The position numbers and the translations under genes were made by a program. The notes beneath the pieces were generated by a model that worked only from the letters and a program-made list of their open reading frames with translations, did not search any database and had not been told where the DNA came from. This document shows positions 53,646 to 64,000 of a stretch of 64,000 nucleotides of DNA, piece after piece. This stretch comes from Eledone cirrhosa (Eukaryota), in the NCBI GenBank assembly GCA_964016885.1, contig OZ024742.1:7936001-8000000 (forward strand), given 5' to 3'. The first letter of the stretch is position 1. Every line of letters starts with the position of its first letter.

Positions 53646-56600
53646 CCTAGGAACGTCTTATATCAATACGGCACGACTGTGACTCCCTCATGAGACACAG
53701 TAACATGTACCTAGGAACGTCTTATATCAATACGGCACCACTATGACTCCCTCAGGAGACACAGTAACATGTACCTAGGAACGTCTTATATCAATACGGC
53801 ACCACTGTGACTCCCTCATGAGACACAGTAACATGTACCTAGGGACGTCTTATATCAATACGGCACCACTGTGACTCCCTCATGAGACACAGTAACATGT
53901 ACCTAGGAACATCTTATCTCAATACGGCACGACTATGACTCCCTCAGGAGACTTAGAAATATGTACCTAGCAACGTCCTATATCAACACGGACCACTGTG
54001 ACTCCCTCATGAGACACAGTAACATGTACATAGGAACGTCTTATATCAATACGGGACCACTGTGACTCCCTCATGAGACACAGTAACATGTACCTAGGAA
54101 CGTCTTATATCAATACTGCACCACTATGACTCCCTCAGGTGACACAATAACATGTACCTAGGAACGTCTTATATCAATACGGCACCACTATGATTCCCTG
54201 AGGAGACACAGTAACATCTACCTAGGAACATCCTATATCAATACGGACCACTGTGACTCCCTCAGGAGACACAGTAACATATACCTAGGAACGTCTTATA
54301 TCAATACGGCACCACTATGACTCCCTCAGGAGACTCAGTAACATGTACCTAGGAACGTCCCATATCAATACGGACCACTATAACTCCCTCAGGAGACACA
54401 GTAACACGTACCTAGGAACGTCTTATATGAATACGGCACCACTATGACTCCCTCAGGAGACACAGCAACATGTACCTACGAACGTCTTATATCAATACGG
54501 CACCAATATGTCTCCCTGAGGAGACACAGTAACATGTACCTAGGAACATCTTATATCAATACGGCACCACTATGACTCCCTCAGGAGACACAGTAACATG
54601 TACATAGGAACGTCTTATATCAAAACCGCACCACTATGACTCCCTCAGGAGACACAGTAACATGTACCTAGGAACGTCCTATATCAATACGCCACCACTA
54701 TGACACCCTCGGGAGACCCAGTAAGATGTACCTAGGAACGTCCTATATCAATACGGCACCACTGTGAGTCCCTCATGAGACACAGTAACATGTACATAGG
54801 AACGTCTTATATCAATACGGCACCACTATGACTCCCTCAGGACACAGTAACATGTACCTAGGAACATCTTATATCAATACGGCACCACTATGACTCCCTC
54901 GGGAGACACAGTAACATGTACCTAGGAACATCTTATATGAATACGGCACCACTATGAATCCCTCAGGAGACACAGTAACATGTACCTAGGAACGTCTTAT
55001 ATCAATACGGCACCACTATGACTCCCTCAGGAGACACAGTAACATGTACCTAGGAACGTCTTATATCAATACCGCACAACTATGACTCCCTCAGGAGACA
55101 CAGTAACATGTACATAGGAACGTCTTATATCAATACTGCACCACTATGATTCGCTCAGGAGACGCAGTAACATGTACCTAGGAACGTCCCGTATCAATAC
55201 GGACCACTATAACTCCCTCAGGAGACACAGTAACACGTACCTAGGAACGTCTTATATGAATACGGCACCACTATGACTCCCTCAGGAGACACAGCAACAT
55301 ATACCTAGGAACGTCTTATATCAATACGGCACCACTGTGACTCCCTCATGAAACACAGCAACATGTACATAGGAACGTCTTATATCAATACGGCACCAAC
55401 ATGACTCCCTCAGGAGACAGTAATATGTACCTAGGAACGCTTATATCAATACGGAACCACTATGACTCCCTCAGGAGACACAGTAACATGTACATAGGAA
55501 CGTCTTATATCAATACGGCACCAACATGACTCCCTCAGGAGACAGTAATATGTACCTGGGAACGTCTTATTTCAATACTGCACCTCTATGACTCCCTCGG
55601 GAGATACAGTAAGATGTACCTAGGACCATCTTATATCAATACTGCACCAATGTGACTCCCTCATGAAACACAGCAACATGTACCTAGGAACGTCTTATAT
55701 CAATACGGCACCACTATGACTCCCTCAGGAGACACAGTAGCATGTAAATAGGAACGTTTTATATAAATAAGGCACCACTATGACTCCATCAGGAGACACA
55801 GTAACATGTACCTAGGAACGTCTTATATCAATACAGCACCACTATGACTCCCTCAGGAGACACAGTAACATGTACATAGGAACGTCTTATATCAAAACCG
55901 CACCACTATGACTCCCTCAGGAGACACAGTAACATGTACCTAGGAACGTCCTATATCAATACGGCACCACTGTAACACCCTCCTGAGACCCAGTAAGATG
56001 TACCTAGGAACGTCCTATATCAATACGGCACCACTGTGAGTCCCTCATGAGACACAGTAACATGTACCTAGGAACGTCTTATATCAATACCGCACAACTA
56101 TGACTCCCTCAGGAGACACAGTAACATGTACATAGGAACGTCTTATATCAATACTGCACCACTATGATTCCCTCAGGAGACGCAGTAACATGTACCTAGG
56201 AACGCCTTATATCAATACTGCACCACTGTGACTTCCTCAGGAGACACAGCAACATGTATCTAGGAACATCTTATATCAATACGGCACCACTATGACTCCC
56301 TCGGGAGACACAGTAACATGTACCTAGGAACGTCTTATATCAATACGGCACCTCTATGACTCCCTCAGGAGACACAGTAACATGTACATAGGAACGTCTT
56401 ATATCAACACGGCACCACTATGACTCCCTCGGGTGACCCAATAACATGTACCTAGGAACGTCTTATATCAATACTGCACCCCTGTGACTCCCTCATGAAA
56501 CACAGCAACATGTACATAGGATCGTCATATATCAATGAGGCACCACTATGACTCCCTCGGGAGACAGTAATATGTACCTAGGAACGTCTTATATCAATAC

Positions 56601-59600
56601 GGCACCACTATGACTCCCTCGGGAGACACAGTTAAATGTACCTAGGAACGTCTTATATCAATACGGCACCACTATGATTCCCTCAGGAGACACAGTAACA
56701 TGTACATAGGAACGTCTTATATCAATACGGCACCACTATGACTCCCTCGGGTGACCCAATAACATGTACCTAGGAACGTCTTATATCAATACTGCACCCC
56801 TGTGACTCCCTCATGAAACACAGCAACATGTACATAGGATCGTCATATATCAATACGGCACCACTATGACTCCCTCGGGAGACACAGTAACATGTACATA
56901 GGAACGTCTTATATCAATACGGCACCACTATGTCTCCCTCAGAAGACACAGTAACATGTACATAGGAACGTCTTATATCAATACCGCACCACTATGAATC
57001 CCTCAGGAGACACAATAACATGTACCTAGGAACGTCCTTTATCAATACGCCACCACTATGACACCCTCGGGTGACACAGTAAGATGTACCTAGGAACGTC
57101 TTATATCAATACGGCACCACTGTGAGTCCCTCATGAGACACAGTAACATGTAGCTAGGAACGTCTTATATCAATACCGCACAACTATGACTCCCTAAGGA
57201 GACAAAGTAACAGGTACCTGGGAACGTCTTATATCAATACGGCACCATTATGATTCCCTCAGGAGACACAGTAATATGTACATAGGAACGTCTTATATCA
57301 ATACGGCACCACTATGACTCCCTCAGGAGACACAGTAAGATGTACCTAGGACCGTCTTATATCAATACTGCACCACTGTTACTCCCACATGAAACACAGC
57401 AACATTTACCTAGGAACGTCTTATATCAATGCGGCACCACTATGACTCCCTCAGGAGACAGTAATATGTACCTAGGACCGTCGTATATCAATACTGCACC
57501 TCTATGACTCACTCAGGAGACACAGTAATATGTACTTAGGAACGCTTATATCAATACGGCACCACTATGACTCCCTCAGGAGACACAGTAAGATGTACCT
57601 AGGACCGGCTTATATCAATACTGCACCACTGTGAATCCCTCATGAAACACAGCAACATGTACATAGGAAGGGCTTATATCAATACGGCACCACTATGACT
57701 CCCTCAGGAGACACAGTAACATGTACCTAGGAACGTCTTATATCAATACGGCACCACTATGACTCCCTCAGGAGACAGTAATATGTACCTAGGAACGGTT
57801 ATATCAATAGGGCACCACTATGACTCCCTCAGGAGACACAGTAACATGTATCTAGGTCCGTCTTATATCAATACTGCACCACTGTTACTCCCTCAGGAGA
57901 CACAGTAACATGTACCTAGGAACGTCTTATATCAATACGGCACCACTATGACTCCCCCAGGAGACACAGTAATATGTACCTAGGAACGTCTTATCTCAAT
58001 ACGGCACCACTATGACTCCCTCAGGAGACACAGTAAGATGTACCTAGGACCGTCTTATATCAATACTGCACCACTATGACTCCCTCATAAAACACAGCAA
58101 CATGTACATAGGAAGGTCTTATATCAATACGGCACCACTATGACTCCCTCAGGAGACACAGTAACATGTACCTAGGAACGTCTTATATCAATACGGCACC
58201 ACTATGACTCCCTCAGGAGACACAGTAAGATGTACCTAGGAACGTCCTATATCAATACTGCACCACTGAGACTCCTTTAGGAGACACAGTAACATGTACA
58301 TAGGAACGTCTTATATCAATACGGCACCACTATGACTCCCTCAGGAGACATTATTATGTACCTAGGAATGCTTATATCAATACGGCACCACTATAACTCC
58401 CTCGGGAGACACAGTAACATGTATCTAGGAACGTCTTATATCAATACAGCACCACTATGACACCCTCAGGAGACACAGTAATATGTACCTAGGAACGTCA
58501 TATATCAATACGGCACCACTATGACTCCTTCAGGAGACACAGTAAGATGTACCTAAGACCGTCTTATATCAATATGGCACCACTATGACTCCCTCAGGAG
58601 ACTCAGTAACATGTACCTAGGAACGTCCTATATCAATACGGACCACTATAACTCCCTCAGGAGACACAGTAACATGTACCTAGGAACGTCTTATATCAAT
58701 ACGGCACCACTATGACTCCCTCAGGAGACACAGTATCATGTACCTAGGAACGTCCTATATCAATACGGCGCCACTATGTCTCCCTCAGGAGACACAGTAA
58801 CATGTACCTAGGAACGTCTTATATCAATACTGCACCTCTATGACTCCCTCAGGAGACACAGTAATATGTACCTCGGAACGTCTTATATCAGTACGGCACC
58901 ACTATGACTCCCTCAGCAGACACAGTAATATGTACCTAGGAACGCCTTATATCAATACGGCACCACTATGACTCCATCAGGAGACACAGTATGATGTACC
59001 TAGGACCGTCTTATATCAATACTGCACAACTGTGACTCCCTCATGTAACACAGCAACATGTACCTAGGAACGTCTTATATCAATACGGCACCACTATGAC
59101 TCCCTCAGGAGACACAGTAACATGTACCTAGGTACGTTCTATATAAATATGGCACCCCTATGACTCCCTCAGGAGACACAGTAACATGTATATAGGAACG
59201 TCTTATATCAATACGGCACCACTATGACTCCCTCAGGAGACACAGTAACATGTACATAGGAACGTCTTATATCAATAAGGCACCATTATGATTCCCTCAG
59301 GAGACACAGTAATATGTACCTAGGAACGTCTTATATCAATACGGCAACACTATGACTCCGTCAGGAGACAGTAACATGTACCTAGGAACGTCTTATATCA
59401 ATACTGCACCTCTATGACTCCCTCAGGAGACACAGTATTATGTACATAGGAAGGTCTTATATCAATACGGCACCACTATGACTCCCTCGGGAGACAGTAA
59501 TATGTACTTAGGAACGCTTATATCAATACGGCACCACTATGATTCCCTCAGGAGACACAGTAACATGTACCTAGGAACGTCTTATATCAATACGGCACCA

Positions 59601-62600
59601 CTATGACTCCCTCAGGAGACACAGTAAGATGTACCTAGTAACGTCCTATATCAATACTGCACCACTGAGACTCCTTTAGGAGACACAGTAACATGTACAT
59701 AGGAACGTCTTATATCAATACGGCACCACTATGACTCCCTCAGGAGACATTAATATGTACCTAGGAATGCTTATATCAATACGGCACCACTATAACTCCC
59801 TCAGGAGACACAGTAACATGTATCTAGGAACGTCTTATATCAATACAGCACCTCTATGACTCCCTCAGGATACACAGCAACATGTACCTAGGAACGTCTT
59901 ATATCAATACGGCACCACTATGACTCCTTCAGGAGACACAGTAAGATGTACCTAAGACCGTCTTATATCAATATGGCACCACTATGACTCCCTCAGGAGA
60001 CTCAGTAACATGTACCTAGGAACGTCCTATATCAATACGGACCACTATAACTCCCTCAGGAGACACAGTAACATGTACCTAGGAACGTCTTATATCAATA
60101 CGGCACCACTATGACTCCCTCAGGAGACACAGTAACATGTACCTAGGTACGTTCTATATAAATATGGCACCTCTATGATTCCCTCAGGAGACACAGTTAC
60201 ATATACATAGGAACGTCGTATATCAATACGGCACCAATATGACTCCCTCAGGAGACGGTAATATGTACCTAGGAACGTCTTATATCAATACTGCACCTCT
60301 ATGACTCCCTCAGGAGACACAGTAATATGTACCTAGGAACGGCTTATATCAATACGGCACCACTATGACTCCCTCAGCAGACACAGTAATATGTACCTAG
60401 GAACGCCTTATATCAATACGGCACCACTATGACTCCATCAGGAGACACAGTATGATGTACCTAGGACCGTCTTATATCAATACTGCACAACTGTGACTCC
60501 CTCATGTAACACAGCAACATGTACCTAGGAACGTCTTATATCAATACGGCACCACTATGACTCCCTCAGGAGACACAGTAACATGTACCTAGGTACGTTC
60601 TATATAAATATGGCACCCCTATGACTCCCTCAGGAGACACAGTAACATGTATATAGGAACGTCTTATATCAATACGGCACCACTATGACTCCCTCAGGAG
60701 ACACAGTAACATGTACATGGGAACGTCTTATATCAATAAGGCACCATTATGATTCCCTCAGGAGACACAGTAATATGTACATAGGAACGTCTTATATCAA
60801 TACGGCAACACTATGACTCCCTCAGGAGACAGTAACATGTACCTAGGAACGTCTTATATCAATACTGCACCTCTATGACTCCCTCAGGAGACACAGTATT
60901 ATGTACCTAGGACCGTCTCATATCGATACTGCACCACTGTGACTCCCTCGGGAGACACAGTAAGATGTACCTAGGACCGTCTCATATCGATACTGCACCA
61001 CTGTGACTCCCACATTAAACACAGCAACATGAACCTAGGAACGTCTTATATCAATACGGCACCACTATGACTCCCTCAGGAGACAGTAATATGTACCTAG
61101 GACCGTCGTATATCAATACTGCACCTCTATGACTCCCTCAGGAGACACAGTAATATGTACCTAGGAACGCCTTATATCAATACGGCACCACTATGACTCC
61201 CCCAGGAGACACAGTAAGATGTACCTAGGACCGTCTTATATCAATACTGCACCACCGTGAATCCCTCATGAAACACAGCAACATGTACATAGGAAGGTCT
61301 TATATCAATACGGCACCACTATGACTCCCTCTGGAGCTACAGTAACATGTACCTAGGAACGTCTTATATCAATACGGCACCACTATGACTCCCTCAGGAG
61401 ACACAGTAACATGTACCTAGGAACGTCTTATATCAACACGGCACCACTATGACTCCCTCAGGAGACACAGTATCATGTACCTAGGAACGTCCTATATCAA
61501 TACGGCACCACTGTGACTCCCTCAGGAGACACAGTAACATGTACCTAGGAACGTCTTATATAAATACGGCACCACTATGACTCCCTCGGGTGACACAGTA
61601 ACTTGTACCTAGGAACGTCTTATATCAATATGGCACCACTATGTCTCCCTCAGGAGACACAGTAATATGTACATAGGAATGTCTTATATAAATACGGCAC
61701 CACCATGACTCCCTCAGGAGACAATAATATGTAGCTAGGAACGTCTTATATCAATACTGCACCTCTATGACTCCCTCAGGAGACACAGTAATATGTACCT
61801 AGGAACGGCTTATATCAATACGGCACCACTATGACTCCCTCAGTAGACTCAGTAACATCTACCTAGGAACGTCCTATATCAATACGGACCACTATAACTC
61901 CCTCAGGAGACACAGTAACATGTACCTAGGAACGTCTTATCTCAATACGGCAACACTATGACTCCCTCAGGAGACACAGTAAGATGTACCTAGGACCGTC
62001 TTATATCAATACTGCACCACTATGACTCCCTCATAAAACACAGCAACATGTACATAGGAAGTTCTTATATCAATACGGCACGACTATGACTCCCACAGGA
62101 GACAGTAATATGTACTTAGGAACGCTTATATCAATACGGCACCACTATGATTCCCTCAGGAGACACAGTAAGATCTACCTAGGAACGTCCTATATCAATA
62201 CTGCACCACTGAGACTCCCTTAGGAGACACAGTAACATGTACATAGGAACGTCTTATATCAATACGGCACCACTATGACTCCCTCAGGAGACACAGTAAG
62301 ATCTACCTAGGAACGTCCTATATCAATACTGCACCACTGAGACTCCCTTAGGAGACACAGTAACATGTACCTAGGAACTTCCTATATCAAAACGGACCAC
62401 TATAACTGCCTCAGGAGACACAGTAACATGTACCTAGGAAAGTCTTATATCAATACAGCACCACTATGACTCCCTCAGGAGACACAGTAACATATTCATA
62501 GGAACGTCTTATATCAATACGGCACCACAATGTCTCCCTCAGGCGACACAGTAACATGTACATAGGAAGGTCTTAAATCAATACGTCACCATTATGACTC

Positions 62601-64000
62601 CCTCAGGAGACAGTAATATGTACTTAGGAACGCTTATATCAATACGGCACCACTATGATTCCCTCAGGAGACACAGTAACATGTACCTAGGAACGTCTTA
62701 TATCAATACGACACCACTATGACTCCCTCAGGAGACACAGTAAGATGTACCTAGGACCGTCTTATTTCAATACTGCACCACTGTGACTCCCTCATGAAAC
62801 ACAGCAATATGTACCTAGGAACGTCTTATATCAATACGACACCACTATGACTCCCTCAGGAGACAGTAATATGTACTTAGGAACGCTTATATCAATACTG
62901 CACCACTGTGACTCCCTCAGGAGACACAGTAACATGTACCTAGGAAATTCTTATATCAATACGGAACCAGTATGACTCCCTCAGGAGACAGAGAAACATG
63001 TACCTAGGAACGTCTTATATCAATACGGCACCACTATGACTCCCTCAGGAGACACAGTAACATGTACCTAGGAACGTCCTATATCAGTACGGCACCTCTA
63101 TGACTCCCTCAAGAGACACAGTAACATGTACCTAGGAACGTCTTATATAAATACGGCACCACTATGACTCCCTCAGGTGACACAGTAACATGTACCTAGG
63201 AACGTTTTATATCAATACGGCACCACTATGACTCCCTCGGAGAAACAGTAACATGTACCTAGGAACGTCTTATATCAATACGGCACCACTATGAGTCCCT
63301 CAGGTAACACAGTAACATGTACCTAGGAGCGTCTTATATCAATACTGCACCACTATGACTCCCTCATGAGACACAGTAACATGTACCTATGAACGTCTTA
63401 TATCAATACGGCACCAATATGTCTCCCTCAGGAGACACAGTAACATGTACCTAGGAACGTCTTATATCAATACGGCACCACTATGAATCCCTGAGGAGAC
63501 GCAGTAACATGTACCTAGGAACGTCTTATATCAATACGGCACCACTGTGACTCCCTCAGGTGACACAGTAACATGTACCTAGGAACGTCTTATATCAATA
63601 CGGCACCACTATGAATCCCTGAGGAGACGCAGTAACATGTACCTAGGAACGTCTTATATCAATACGGCACCACTATGAGTCCCTCAGGTAACACAGTAAC
63701 ATGTACCTAGGAGCGTCTTATATCAATACTGCACCACTATGACTCCCTCAGGTGACACAGTAACATGTACCTAGAAACGCCTTATATCAATACGGCACCA
63801 CTATGACTCCATCAGGAGACACAGTAACATATTCATAGGAACGTCTTATATCAATACGGCACCACAATGTCTCCCTCAGGCGACACAGTAACATGTACAT
63901 AGGAAGGTCTTAAATCAATACGTCACCATTATGACTCCCTCAGGAGACAGTAATATGTACTTAGGAACGCTTATATCAATACGGCACCACTATGATTCCC
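53646..64000. repeat. 64-bp tandem satellite array (runs off the right edge)
   Basis: Monomer CCTAGGAACGTCTTATATCAATACGGCACCACTATGACTCCCTCAGGAGACACAGTAACATGTA (CCTAG at 53646, 53710, ...), with 62/63-bp variants. More diverged than the 44-mer. Confidence 0.98.

Noticed and set aside
53646-64000. CRISPR array or tandem tRNA/ribozyme array
   Set aside because: Variation is scattered point mutation. No spacers, no A/B boxes and no CUGANGA/GAAA core in the monomer.

Overview
Repeat-saturated, AT-rich eukaryotic (animal) DNA. The SINE and microsatellite style suggests a cephalopod/octopus-like genome, but that is an inference. No intact host gene is supportable. The window is bracketed by two tandem satellites, a 44-bp array (1-~20198) and a 64-bp array (~53646-64000), whose monomers align with each other. 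The giant ORFs in the track are artefacts of the stop-free 44-mer. The 33 kb between them holds a Tx1/L1-type LINE 3' fragment, two copies of a CR1-group LINE, an RTE 3' end, two convergent Penelope-like elements (RT thumb + GIY-YIG, Naiad-like motifs), an internally deleted Helitron with both termini, tRNA-derived SINEs and many (TA)n tracts. The most notable signal read from the sequence is a set of about seven sequence-unrelated type I hammerhead-ribozyme motifs (CUGANGA...GAAA...NUH). Most have a long stem II and a short, often palindromic stem III. One lies in a Penelope 3' UTR. The others lie in small, apparently non-coding elements with direct or inverted terminal repeats that sit in (TA)n tracts, including a retrozyme-like unit with a 523-nt repeat period. 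All folding was done by eye and ribozyme activity is untested.
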